Assembly (NCBI GenBank): GCA_048940645.1
Contig: JBHLOI010000009.1
Coordinates: forward strand, 25,449 to 89,448
Reading direction: 5' to 3'
DNA from: Promethearchaeota archaeon
GTDB taxonomy: Archaea > Asgardarchaeota > Lokiarchaeia > Sigyniarchaeales > SOKP01
Length of the DNA: 64,000 bases
Part shown: piece after piece, positions 48,500-58,554 of the stretch
How the letters are laid out: each line of letters begins with the position of its first letter
Position numbering within the stretch: the stretch's first letter is position 1
Program-made: the position numbers and the translations under genes
Notes under the pieces: generated by a model
What the model saw: only the letters and a program-made list of their open reading frames with translations
Database searches by the model: none
What the model was told of the DNA's origin: nothing

Positions 48500-49234
48500 T
48501 TATACTTTTTTAGCTAATATTTTATGGTATGTATCTATTTCATTATAGAATAAAGTTTTGTGGTTTTCAGGCCACTCTGAATCAATAATTTTTTTTCTAA
48601 AGGCTTCTAAATCTATAATCGAATCGAAATATGCAATTAATAAAGACCTTATAGAGTTTTTTTCTAACAAATTGTAATTTTCAGAAGAATTTAACATATT
48701 AAATAACGCATCACCATTTTGATAATGAAATTTTAGGATTATTGTAATACTTTCAACTACCTCTCTATTCGAATGTTCTAAAATGTTTAATAAATTCTTT
48801 AATATTAAATCTGGCAAAAAACCTAGTTTTTCAATTACATTTAAAGCATTATTTTTTATAGGCCAGTAATCTTCAAGTAAAGAATATGCTAAAACGTTAA
48901 TAATTTCGTCTGTCAATTTATTTTGCTTATATAACTTTTTGAATGCTTCAATAATTTCATTTCTTATCCATCTATCAGAGTTAAAATAACTATCAACAAG
49001 AAATTGTAGATATTTAATGTTTAAACTTTCATTTTTTCCAATTTCACCTAATAAAAAGATTAGATTTAACTTGACTTTTCCAAGAACTAAATTATTTGCT
49101 CTTTCAATAAGAAAATCAAAATATCTTAATAAATATTTATTCGGTTGCTTACTTGCTTCAATTAAAAAATCATTAATTAAATTAGTTTTTTCATTTTTTA
49201 CCAATTCTTTAAAAGTCTTATCCAATTTTTCCAT
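48500..49234 (-). CDS. HEAT-repeat protein
   Basis: LGEIG, DRWIRNE, LLEDYWPIK-x2-AL helical repeats. Confidence 0.75.
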   Translation of the reverse strand: MEKLDKTFKELVKNEKTNLINDFLIEASKQPNKYLLRYFDFLIERANNLVLGKVKLNLIFLLGEIGKNESLNIKYLQFLVDSYFNSDRWIRNEIIEAFKKLYKQNKLTDEIINVLAYSLLEDYWPIKNNALNVIEKLGFLPDLILKNLLNILEHSNREVVESITIILKFHYQNGDALFNMLNSSENYNLLEKNSIRSLLIAYFDSIIDLEAFRKKIIDSEWPENHKTLFYNEIDTYHKILAKKV

Positions 49235-49389
49235 ATCTTTTTTATTTGCTAAAAAGTTGTTATAATGCTACGTATTTCTAAAAATCTATGATCTTTTCTT
49301 TTCCACAATGGAAAAAATTATTCTATAAGATTTAAATATTCATATCTTCTTTAATATTAAAATAAATATAATTAAAAAAGGTCAATTTA

Positions 49390-50844
49390 ATGCGTAATAA
49401 AAACAATATTAAGTTGAGTTTAATTTTAATACTTTTTCTGAGTTTATCGGTGATATTAAGTTCTATAATTCTAACTAAAAATGCAATTATTACGCCTATA
49501 AAGAGTCCTATTTATGATAATACATTGAATTTAAAGATTTCTGCTACTTATAATACTTCACTTTATATAAATGATTTACCTGGAAATCCTAATAATTGGA
49601 CCTGGGCAAAAGATCAAGGATATTGTACTGGGGCTGGTACATCTAATGATCCATATATAATTCAAAATGATTTTTTTAATAACACTGGTGGAATAAGTCT
49701 ATCAATTTATAATTCAAGGAAATATTTCAAAATTCTAAATTGCGAATTTACAACTGCATTAATTGGTATTTTCTTACAAAATGCAACTAATGGAATACTC
49801 GAAGGTAATAGTTTTAATGATTATGCATTAGGAATTGATATTGCAAATTGTAGTTTAATTACTTTATTATCAAATGATATTACTCTATGTAGTATGTGGG
49901 GAATAAGCATCGATAATGGCAAATTTATTACTTGTTCTTATAATACATTAACAAAATGTACATTGTTTGCAATCTATGCTAATGATTGTCATGAGAGTTC
50001 GTTTAACAAAAATGAGGTTTTTCAAAATGATAATATAGGATTATATTTTCAAATTTGCACTTCAATTACTATTTCAGAAAACATCTGTAACCATAATCAA
50101 GGAGATGGCATTTACTTACAAAACAGTGATGATATGTTAGTTATTGGGAATACTGCTTACAATAACAGTAATAGTGGCATTAATGTGAATTCAAATGGTA
50201 TAGATTCAAATGAAATTCTCAGTAATATAGTTCATTTCAATAGAAACGATGGAATTACACTTTCTAATAGTGATAATAACACTATAAAAAATAATAATGC
50301 TTATGATAATGGACAATATGGAATATCGCTTAATAGCGGCTCTGGACAAAATGTTTTATTAAATAACTTATTAACAAATAATAATTACAGTGGAATTCGT
50401 CTTTCGGGAAATAGTATGCATAATATTATACTTAAAAATACAGCAAGTTCAAATAAGGAACAGGGGATTTTTTCAGATAGTTGCGATTTTAACGCATATA
50501 CAGAAAACGTAGCAAGCAATAATCACTTAAATGGGATCTACTTGTACGATAGTAATAACAATTTTGTGTCTCAAAATACCGCAAATAATAATGCAATCGG
50601 TTTGAATTTAACTAGTAGTAATAATAATATGATTATCGGAAATGTATTACTTAATAATGTAATATGTATTAGTGAATCAGGGAGTACTGGAAATGTATTC
50701 GCCGAAAATTATTGTGAATTAATTTCAACTCCAGTAATTGATCTAGCGTTAATACTTCTAATATTGAGTATAATCGAAGGAGTTGTAATTGCTGCTTTAG
50801 GATCTCTACTTTTTATAGGAAAGAGAAAAAATAAAAGGGAGTAA
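49390..50844 (+). CDS. Cell-surface NosD/CASH beta-helix protein with C-terminal TM
   Basis: Signal peptide, GAGT-x2-DPYII, many GI-x-L-x2-S-x2-N repeats, TM and short basic tail. Confidence 0.88.
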   Translation: MRNKNNIKLSLILILFLSLSVILSSIILTKNAIITPIKSPIYDNTLNLKISATYNTSLYINDLPGNPNNWTWAKDQGYCTGAGTSNDPYIIQNDFFNNTGGISLSIYNSRKYFKILNCEFTTALIGIFLQNATNGILEGNSFNDYALGIDIANCSLITLLSNDITLCSMWGISIDNGKFITCSYNTLTKCTLFAIYANDCHESSFNKNEVFQNDNIGLYFQICTSITISENICNHNQGDGIYLQNSDDMLVIGNTAYNNSNSGINVNSNGIDSNEILSNIVHFNRNDGITLSNSDNNTIKNNNAYDNGQYGISLNSGSGQNVLLNNLLTNNNYSGIRLSGNSMHNIILKNTASSNKEQGIFSDSCDFNAYTENVASNNHLNGIYLYDSNNNFVSQNTANNNAIGLNLTSSNNNMIIGNVLLNNVICISESGSTGNVFAENYCELISTPVIDLALILLILSIIEGVVIAALGSLLFIGKRKNKRE

Positions 50845-50883
50845 TAATAGTTTAAATCTTACTTTTTTTTTATGTTATGATTT

Positions 50884-51621
50884 TTATTTTACACCGACAA
50901 CTCCAATATAGATAGTAGTCTCATTAATCCCATCGAGCTCTAATAAATCATTCAATTCATCATCATAAATTGCTCCAATAGTGCAAGCACCTAAACCAAG
51001 AGCCTCAGCAACTAAATAAAGATTTTGTCCAATATGACCTGCATCTAAATAAATATAACGATAACATCTTTGCATATATTTCCACTTAGATCTCTCTATA
51101 ATTGCTGTCCATATGAAATTCACCGCTGAATTAAAAGCCATTCTCTGATCTAAACAAGCAGCTTCAACTTGCTGTTTAAAATCACCTTGTTTTAACAATT
51201 CCAACTTATGTTCGGATATACTATAATGAAAAATACCAGGCATGATATCTTTTACATTATTTATTACTGGATAAGTTTCAATTGGGAAAAGTCCCCCCGC
51301 AGAAGGGACAGTTCTGAAAGCAAACTGAGGATATTTGCGAGTAATACCTGAAATTCCGAATAATAATAAACTTAATTCCATTAAGGTTATTGAATCATTA
51401 CTATAGCTTCGAGTTGATTTTCGGTTTTTAATAACATTCCAGAATCTAAGTTCCTCGTTAAACTTAGGAGTAGGTAATTGAATTTTTTCAATAGCATTTT
51501 CATAATATTTGTAAGTTTTAGGCTTATTTTTCCAATTTAGAACATGTTTAGGTAATTTTCCTCGATAATATTTAGATCTTTGCTGAAAAAGATCACCATA
51601 ATTATCACTATTATTATTCAT
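50884..51621 (-). CDS. SagB/ThcOx-family nitroreductase-fold dehydrogenase
   Basis: RKSTR, RTVPSAGGLFP, YRYIYLDAGHIGQN. Confidence 0.92.
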   Translation of the reverse strand: MNNNSDNYGDLFQQRSKYYRGKLPKHVLNWKNKPKTYKYYENAIEKIQLPTPKFNEELRFWNVIKNRKSTRSYSNDSITLMELSLLLFGISGITRKYPQFAFRTVPSAGGLFPIETYPVINNVKDIMPGIFHYSISEHKLELLKQGDFKQQVEAACLDQRMAFNSAVNFIWTAIIERSKWKYMQRCYRYIYLDAGHIGQNLYLVAEALGLGACTIGAIYDDELNDLLELDGINETTIYIGVVGVK

Positions 51622-51709
51622 AAATGACTTGATTATGGCTATTTTAAAAATTTTAACCTTATACTATAAAAAGAACAAGAAATTGAAGAGAAATTACTTT
51701 TATTTACAC

Positions 51710-52285
51710 TTATTTTGGATAACCAATAGGAATAAGATATAAAGGTTCAATATCCTTTGGAAAGTTTAAGACGTCTTTTACTTTTCTATCCTCAAACGCT
51801 CCAATTGGAACTGAGCCTAATCCGAGAGAAACTGCTTCTAAATGCACATTTTGAGCACAGTGTCCTACTTCAATCAGAACATATCTCACACCCCTTTGAC
51901 CATATCCTTGAGTTGTCCTTGAAAATTTAGCACAAATAATAATGTTAAGATACGCTTCAGCAATGAAATTTTGATCCCAACATGCTCTAGCCAATTCCTT
52001 ACTTAAATCTTCCTCAGTAATTATTTCTAAGAGATGTTTCTCTAAATCATAATAAAAATATCCTTTATCTTTTAAGTTAACATAGAGTTCTAATGGATAA
52101 GTAGCCCCTGCTGAAGGAACAGTTCTTTTATAGCCTCTTTTTCCTTGTGCGGACCATAATATCTGTGATATTTTTTCAATTTCAATACTTTTATCTTTAA
52201 AGCTTCTGACACTTTCACGTTCTAAGATGCATTCTTCAATACTTTTTCCTCCTTTTAATTCTGGTTTTGGGAGTAAAATACTTAT
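51710..52285 (-). CDS. SagB/ThcOx-family nitroreductase; full frame longer than the track and lacking a canonical start
   Basis: Frame extends in phase above 51994 (ILLPKP..RESVR..LWSAQG..RTVPSAGATYPLE) up to an in-frame TGA; AGGTGA RBS lies 6 nt before ATA at 52285. Confidence 0.85.
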   Translation of the reverse strand: MSILLPKPELKGGKSIEECILERESVRSFKDKSIEIEKISQILWSAQGKRGYKRTVPSAGATYPLELYVNLKDKGYFYYDLEKHLLEIITEEDLSKELARACWDQNFIAEAYLNIIICAKFSRTTQGYGQRGVRYVLIEVGHCAQNVHLEAVSLGLGSVPIGAFEDRKVKDVLNFPKDIEPLYLIPIGYPK

Positions 52286-52390
52286 TTTTATTCACCTAAT
52301 TTGAATTGTGATATTTTTGTTAAAATATTCATGAACATTTATTTCCTTAATAATAAAAACTTTTTTTACTTATTAAAAAAACTAAGATTT

Positions 52391-52750
52391 ATGAGTGAAC
52401 GAAATGATTTGGAAGAAATGTTTAAAAATTGGAATGAATTAAATCAAAAAGTTCATGGTTCTTTCTCAAAATTTGATTTCTCAGAAGTAAAAGAAATTAG
52501 AAATAAACAAAAAAATATTGAAGATGCGATCTATGAAAATCTAAAAGAAAATGCACCTAAATCTTACAGGGAAATCTTACCCTCAGAGGCAGGAGAAATG
52601 GAGGTAGGATACGATACTGAGGGAAAAAAATTTTATTATGTAATGATTGATCCTAAAAGTGAAGAACAAGATTCCATCAAATTAATAGCATTCACAATCG
52701 ATGTTTCTAAAAATGTTAATATGGTTGAGGATTTTAAAATAGAAGACTAA
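52391..52750 (+). CDS. Hypothetical acidic protein
   Basis: ORF; ATG at 52391 is more plausible than the track's 52301. Confidence 0.7.
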   Translation: MSERNDLEEMFKNWNELNQKVHGSFSKFDFSEVKEIRNKQKNIEDAIYENLKENAPKSYREILPSEAGEMEVGYDTEGKKFYYVMIDPKSEEQDSIKLIAFTIDVSKNVNMVEDFKIED

Positions 52751-52788
52751 AAAATGAGAAAAGTTAAAAATTATTTTATTATTTTTAC

Positions 52789-54336
52789 TTAAAATTTGTC
52801 TGTATCTTCATACCAATCAGGATACCATTGATAATATTCTCTAGGGAATGCTTCTTTTAAGCCTTTATATGATGCTTTTACTAGTACCATTTTTCCCGAA
52901 CGATCCCTGTGAACAGCAATGAGTTTTTGTTCTTCGAGCGATTCTAATATTTTTTTAACAGCGGATCTACCAGCCCCAATATCTTCTCTCACATCGTCAA
53001 TAGTCATATACAAACCTGGATTAACCTTATAATCATGAGCTACGACCTTTAATACATTTTCTTCATTTAATTCCATTCCTTTAAATCTTGATTCTTTTTT
53101 TGATCTAATTGGAGCATTAACTTCATCATTCCATCTTAATCGTATTGGTGCATTATAGGTTGGAAGCATTGAAGAAAACCTATAAACAATCATCTTTTGA
53201 ATTTCAGTGGTTCCAGCGACAATCTCTCCGATTTTGCCTTCCCTAACTAAGCGTTCCATTGGATAAAATTTTGTGAGGCCATCTCCTCCCATCACTTGAA
53301 CAGCTTTGGTACCAGCTTCTCTTATATATTCACCAATTACCCATTTTGCTACAGAGGCATCAATCATTGGCTCAAGACCGTCATCTAATTGTTTAGCACA
53401 GTGGTAAGCAAAAAGCCTTCCCATTCGATATTTGGCAATGATTTCTGCTATCTCATTTTGAATTCCCGGAAACTTATTGGTTGTTTTATTAAATTGAATC
53501 CTTCTTTGAGTATAATAAAATAAAACTTTTGTAACATCGAGTAATGTACCAACAAATACTGCACCTGCTATAAGGCGTTCAAAATTCAAACCTGCCATCA
53601 TAACATTCCAACCCTTGCCAACAGGACCGATTCTATTTTCATCTGGAATCCTTACATCTTCAAAACTTAAGTAACCGTTTGGTACATTATCAAATCCCAC
53701 TAATGGATTTATTTTTTCTAAGTGGAATCCTGGAGTACCTTTTTCTACGATAAAAGAAGTAAGATGTCCGTATTGCTTTCTAAGGCTAGGATCATCAGTA
53801 GTTTTAGCATAAATAAAATAACGATCCGAAACTCCTGCTCCCGTAATATACCGTTTTTTACCGTTTATTACCCACTCATCTCCATCTTTTACAGCAGTAG
53901 TCATAACATTTGCAGCATCAGAACCAGCATAAGGTTCAGTGATACAAACGGCACCTAACCTCTCACCTTTAGCGAATTGCGGTAACCACTTCTCTTTTTG
54001 CTCATCTGATGCGTATCTTAAGATTTGTTCCAATCCTGCTAACATACTAACTACAAATACATGTCCAACTGCATACAATCTACCAAGCTGTTCTGCTACT
54101 ATACAAGACCCAGTTGCACCTAATTCTAATCCACCATATTTTTTTGGAATTCCCGCACCAAAATAACCTTCTTGAGCTACTCTTTTGATTAATGGCCAAG
54201 GAAATTTCTGCTTCCAAAAATAATATTCCGCTTCCTCAAAAAGATCATCTGCGAATTGCTCAACTTTTTTAGCAAACGCTTTTTGATCTTCATTCCACCA
54301 AAAAAAAGGTTCAGACATTTTAATTTTCTCTTTCAA
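52789..54336 (-). CDS. Acyl-CoA dehydrogenase with C-terminal winged-helix extension
   Basis: ITEPYAGSD, NGKK-x-YIT, QVMGG, AGTTEIQ; tail MTIDDVREDIG-x-GR-x2-VKKILESLEEQKLI..ASYKG. Confidence 0.9.
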   Translation of the reverse strand: MKEKIKMSEPFFWWNEDQKAFAKKVEQFADDLFEEAEYYFWKQKFPWPLIKRVAQEGYFGAGIPKKYGGLELGATGSCIVAEQLGRLYAVGHVFVVSMLAGLEQILRYASDEQKEKWLPQFAKGERLGAVCITEPYAGSDAANVMTTAVKDGDEWVINGKKRYITGAGVSDRYFIYAKTTDDPSLRKQYGHLTSFIVEKGTPGFHLEKINPLVGFDNVPNGYLSFEDVRIPDENRIGPVGKGWNVMMAGLNFERLIAGAVFVGTLLDVTKVLFYYTQRRIQFNKTTNKFPGIQNEIAEIIAKYRMGRLFAYHCAKQLDDGLEPMIDASVAKWVIGEYIREAGTKAVQVMGGDGLTKFYPMERLVREGKIGEIVAGTTEIQKMIVYRFSSMLPTYNAPIRLRWNDEVNAPIRSKKESRFKGMELNEENVLKVVAHDYKVNPGLYMTIDDVREDIGAGRSAVKKILESLEEQKLIAVHRDRSGKMVLVKASYKGLKEAFPREYYQWYPDWYEDTDKF

Positions 54337-54480
54337 ATATACCTAATAATTATAATGATAATCTAATGTAATAGTTAATATATCTAAAACTTTCGGATCT
54401 AGTTTTATATTGATTATAAAATAAGGAGAAAAGTATTGTCTTGAATCTTTAAACATAAAAGTCAAATTTTTATCCTAAAT

Positions 54481-55191
54481 TCATTCTTTAATGAGTTTTT
54501 TTATTTTCCTTCTTTCAATACTTATAATAGATACCATAGAAATGAAAATAAACAATATAAAATAGTTCCCAAATGGAATAATGATTATAATCTCTTCTGT
54601 TATAAGTTCCCATCTAAAAATAGTTGTGTTATTTGTTTTTTTTTCAAGAATAGTTGAAATGCCTTGAGAATTAAATGTTGCTTCTATTATTGTAGAATTA
54701 TAATAATCCAAAATTAATTTATTACCATTAATAGTTGAGTTTAAGAATCCTTCTCTAATTATTGCATCACTAATTAAGGTTAAATTAAGTGGAATAGGAA
54801 CAATTAGTAAATATGCCTCTAAATATACAACTTTTGACCAATTCAGAAAATGTAAGGAAGAATTATAAGAAAGATAAAAAGCATTAACATCCTCTAGACT
54901 TTTTGGAATCCAAGCAAAATTATGATAAAACCATAATGTATAATTAACAATCATATATCTATTTCCATTAAGACTCGCATTATAGACATCTGTTGCTGAA
55001 AATCTAATAAATTCAATTTCCTCATAATATGGATCAGTGGCATTTACACTTTTCCATGTTATGCTTTCATCCTTGTCTACTGGAAATGTTGAATCTCCTA
55101 ATGTAGTTTCCCCTAAAGTTATTGTTGAAAAACTACAAAAAATAATTGAAGAAAATAATAATAATACTAAGGTTTTATAAGCAAATTTCAT
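54481..55191 (-). CDS. Secreted protein with C-terminal sorting-type TM anchor
   Basis: Signal peptide; C-terminal IPFGNY, hydrophobic helix, RRKIKK. Confidence 0.75.
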   Translation of the reverse strand: MKFAYKTLVLLLFSSIIFCSFSTITLGETTLGDSTFPVDKDESITWKSVNATDPYYEEIEFIRFSATDVYNASLNGNRYMIVNYTLWFYHNFAWIPKSLEDVNAFYLSYNSSLHFLNWSKVVYLEAYLLIVPIPLNLTLISDAIIREGFLNSTINGNKLILDYYNSTIIEATFNSQGISTILEKKTNNTTIFRWELITEEIIIIIPFGNYFILFIFISMVSIISIERRKIKKLIKE

Positions 55192-55453
55192 GATTTCAAA
55201 CTACTTTATACGGAAACCAATTTATTGTTAATATGTTAAATTTAGATAATGATAAATAACATTTTTAGATATTTAAGTTTTAAAACATGAGTTTATATAT
55301 TGCTAAATATTTGAATTTAATTTAAAAGAACGAAAATTTTAGATTTTTCTAATTAACTCTTATTTAAATAAACCATTGAAAAAGCAATTTTTATAAGTAT
55401 CAAGAAATAAATATTGATCTATAAATTTTAAAAAATCAATGTGAGAAATTTTA

Positions 55454-56869
55454 ATGGAAAGTACTTTTAAAGCTCCTAAGTTTAGTAAAAAAGAACGAGT
55501 GTATTGGGCTTCAGCTAGTTTTGGAGGTGCTTTAATAAACGGGATATACGGTGCACTTATAAACATTTTTTATAATGATTATCTAGGTTTATCCGCAGAA
55601 TCAACAATCGTCTTTTATATACAAATTATATTTTTACTTGTAAATGCGTTTAATGATCCAATATTTGGAATAATTTCAGATCGCTCTAAAGCAAAAAAAG
55701 GAAGAAGAATTCCTTTTATGAGGTATACTGCTCCATTTTTGGGTTTAACGTTTATTCTAATTTGGTTTTCACCTGATATAAGCAGTGGTGTATGGATTGT
55801 GTTCTTATGGATGGTTATTACAACATGCCTTTATGATACAGCTTATACAATTGTTTTTCTTGTTTACTCTTCACTTCTCCCAGAGATCACTGAAGACGAA
55901 CCAGAGAGGAATAAGCTTAAGGTGTTTGCTTCTTTTTTTAACCTTATAGGGATGATATTAGGTTTTATTATCCCGGATATATTTCGAAATATATCAAGAC
56001 CTTTATTACTCACATCAATGATAGTAGTAGGGATTATAGGCTCTGTGACAATAATATTAACAACCTATAAATTTAAAGAACGTCCTGAATTTACTAAAGT
56101 AGACGAACCATTGGGATTAATAGAAGCAATAAAATATACTTTTAAAAGTAAGTCTTTTTTAATTCTGATAACAGCAAACTTTATGGTTATTTTTTTTCAA
56201 TCTAGTATCCTTAGTGCTGTGTTTTGGTTAGCAGACTATATAGTTCAGCAATCTGCTATAGTATTACTAATATTTATATTTATACCATTGCTAATCGGTA
56301 TCTGGTTTACTCCTAAACTGGCTAAAAAATGGGGCGTTGTGAAAAGCAATCAGATTCTTTTGGCTATTGGTGGTATAAGTTTAATCTCATTATTCGTCTT
56401 ATCATACATTATGGTTGAATTTGTTTATCTCTGTCTCACTATTGCAGCAATTGGTTTTGTAGGGCCATTGGTATATCAAGATCTTTTATATGCCCAGGTA
56501 ATCGATGAAGATGAGTTAAAAACAGGAGTACGTCGAGAAGCAGCCTTTTTTGGAATCAATGCTCTAATTACTAAACCCGCACAGAGTATAGCTATAATAG
56601 TTCCTTCAGTGTTACTTAATTTAAGCAACTTTATACCTCATCCGGCTGGAACACCTCCAATTCTAGCACAACCTCCTCAAGCCTTTCTAGCAATAAAACT
56701 CTTTACTTCATTGATCCCTGGTTTTGCCCTTCTTTTAGCAGCTGCTATTTTACTATTTTACCCTTTAAGAGGAGAATACTGGGATAAAATTCAGAAAGAA
56801 ATACTTATATTACATGATAAAAAACATGAAAAATTAAAAGAAATGGAGAATCGTCAAAAAAATCCATAA
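55454..56869 (+). CDS. MFS glycoside-pentoside-hexuronide (MelB-like) transporter
   Basis: NDPIFG-x-ISDR, GRRIPF, DEDELKTG-x-RREA. Confidence 0.92.
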   Translation: MESTFKAPKFSKKERVYWASASFGGALINGIYGALINIFYNDYLGLSAESTIVFYIQIIFLLVNAFNDPIFGIISDRSKAKKGRRIPFMRYTAPFLGLTFILIWFSPDISSGVWIVFLWMVITTCLYDTAYTIVFLVYSSLLPEITEDEPERNKLKVFASFFNLIGMILGFIIPDIFRNISRPLLLTSMIVVGIIGSVTIILTTYKFKERPEFTKVDEPLGLIEAIKYTFKSKSFLILITANFMVIFFQSSILSAVFWLADYIVQQSAIVLLIFIFIPLLIGIWFTPKLAKKWGVVKSNQILLAIGGISLISLFVLSYIMVEFVYLCLTIAAIGFVGPLVYQDLLYAQVIDEDELKTGVRREAAFFGINALITKPAQSIAIIVPSVLLNLSNFIPHPAGTPPILAQPPQAFLAIKLFTSLIPGFALLLAAAILLFYPLRGEYWDKIQKEILILHDKKHEKLKEMENRQKNP

Positions 56870-56901
56870 TTAATTCTTTTTTTATTTAAAAATTTTTTTA
56901 T

Positions 56902-57573
56902 TTAATCGTGATGTCTTAGTGCCTTTTTTTCAAGTTTTTTCGAATAATCTTCCCAAAAATCGTTTTCTCCAGATTTTTTCTTTGAAATTATGAATAGGCA
57001 TGTATCAGCCCCAGCGGGAATTGTATTTTTAAATTCTATTTGATATTCGTTTTTCAAAATCCCCGAGTCTCTAAAAGCATTAACTATTCCTTGTACGAGG
57101 TATCGTTGCACTCTGCAATCAAATGCTTTATATACATCTTGAAGCGGACACCAAATGATGCCAAATGAACATTGTTGTTCATTATCAATACGTGGATTCT
57201 CAATGGAGGTCCATGCTTGGGTATTAATTATGGTAACTAAAAAACTCATTAGTTCAATATCGGAAATATCATCAGGAATTTCTATATTTGATAAAATTTG
57301 ATTTCCCATGTCATATCCAGTTTTAGTTAAAGCATCAATCACAACTTTTTGCCCTTCCGTTCCTAATTTGGTTTCAGCTTCTTTCAAAATATTTAGCACT
57401 GCCATTGCCATAAATAAACCAAATTGTAAAAGTGATGTTGGATCAAAGTCACTACGGTCCAAAACTTCTATTCTAAATCTGTCTATAGCTTTTCTAAAAG
57501 GTTCCCCTAACTTGGTCTTCTCCCACATTGGTTCTTTACGACGAGCACCTTTTAAAATTCCTTTATTTTTCAT
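56902..57573 (-). CDS. ATC-hydrolase/V4R-like protein
   Basis: CP...C...G-x3-C-x-F pattern (WCPL, DCRVQ, IPAGADTC). Confidence 0.65.
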   Translation of the reverse strand: MKNKGILKGARRKEPMWEKTKLGEPFRKAIDRFRIEVLDRSDFDPTSLLQFGLFMAMAVLNILKEAETKLGTEGQKVVIDALTKTGYDMGNQILSNIEIPDDISDIELMSFLVTIINTQAWTSIENPRIDNEQQCSFGIIWCPLQDVYKAFDCRVQRYLVQGIVNAFRDSGILKNEYQIEFKNTIPAGADTCLFIISKKKSGENDFWEDYSKKLEKKALRHHD

Positions 57574-57696
57574 CTTTATATAACCTAAAAATAAGACTTG
57601 TTATTATAATAATTAACATAAAATTTAACAAATTTAGATTATTTAAAAAAATATATAGATAATCTAAAAAATAAATTTTAAAAACATTTGATCTTT

Positions 57697-58443
57697 ATGC
57701 ATGTTCTCGTACTTTTAAGACATGGGGAAAGTATATGGAATAAAGAAAACCGTTTTACAGGTTGGACTGACGTAGATTTAAGCGATAAAGGTATAGAGGA
57801 AGCGAAAAATGCTGGTCAATTATTAAAACAAGAAGGTTTTACCTTTGATATTGCATATACCTCTGTATTAAAGAGAGGAATCAGAACACTTTGGATTGTA
57901 TTGGACGAAATGGATTTAATGTGGATTCCTGTTTATAGACATTGGAGATTAAATGAAAGGCATTATGGAGCATTACAGGGATATTATAAATCAGAAATGG
58001 CAAAAAAATTGGGCGAAGAACAAGTTTTGATTTGGCGGAGAAGTTATGATGTGCCTCCTCCTGCTCTAAAAACCTCTGATCCAAGATATCCCGGAAATGA
58101 TCCTGTATATAAAGAATTGGATCCAAAAGACATTCCAGTAACTGAATGTTTAAAAGATACTGTGGAGCGCTTTTTGCCATATTGGCATGAAGTAATAGCC
58201 CCAGCAGTTAGATCTGGTAAAAGGGTAATCATTTCTGCTCATGGAAATAGCCTAAGAGCTCTTGTTAAATATCTAGATTCTTTATCTGAAGAAGAAGTTG
58301 TGAATTTAGATATCCCCACAGGGATCCCTCTGATATATGAACTTGATGACCAATTAAAACCAATTAAGCATTATTATCTCGGAGATCCAGAAGAGGTTAA
58401 AAAAGCTATTCAAGCGGTTGCAGATCAAGGAAGAGCCCAATAA
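57697..58443 (+). CDS. gpmA: 2,3-bisphosphoglycerate-dependent phosphoglycerate mutase
   Basis: RHGES, FTGW-x-DV, LNERHYG-x-LQG, WRRSY, AHGNSLR, IPTG. Confidence 0.96.
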   Translation: MHVLVLLRHGESIWNKENRFTGWTDVDLSDKGIEEAKNAGQLLKQEGFTFDIAYTSVLKRGIRTLWIVLDEMDLMWIPVYRHWRLNERHYGALQGYYKSEMAKKLGEEQVLIWRRSYDVPPPALKTSDPRYPGNDPVYKELDPKDIPVTECLKDTVERFLPYWHEVIAPAVRSGKRVIISAHGNSLRALVKYLDSLSEEEVVNLDIPTGIPLIYELDDQLKPIKHYYLGDPEEVKKAIQAVADQGRAQ

Positions 58444-58554
58444 TATTTAAAATATATATAAAAATTAAAAAAAAGGAAATTAATCTAAATTATAATAGAT
58501 AGTTTTAATATAGTTAATTATAGTTTAAATCTAAAAACTTGAAGTGAGAAAAAA

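Noticed and set aside
50884-52285. SagB-type dehydrogenases as a RiPP (azole) biosynthetic cluster
   Set aside because: No YcaO cyclodehydratase or precursor peptide nearby; stand-alone SagB-like nitroreductases are common in anaerobes.
52318-52345. Fifth copy of the TGAATAWWTATTCA operator upstream of the nitroreductases
   Set aside because: Only half-site matches (AATATTCA / TGAACATTTATT); too weak in AT-rich DNA.
1139-58232. Many short track ORFs overlapping larger genes (e.g. 1139, 1670, 4145, 5224, 6057, 8233, 11168, 14693, 17055, 17642, 19195, 20480, 23206, 23515, 23758, 39558, 39859, 40404, 47788, 48034, 49017, 53722, 53939, 55360, 57308, 57881, 58044; also 62034)
   Set aside because: Antisense or off-frame to well-supported genes, with no recognisable motifs or RBS.
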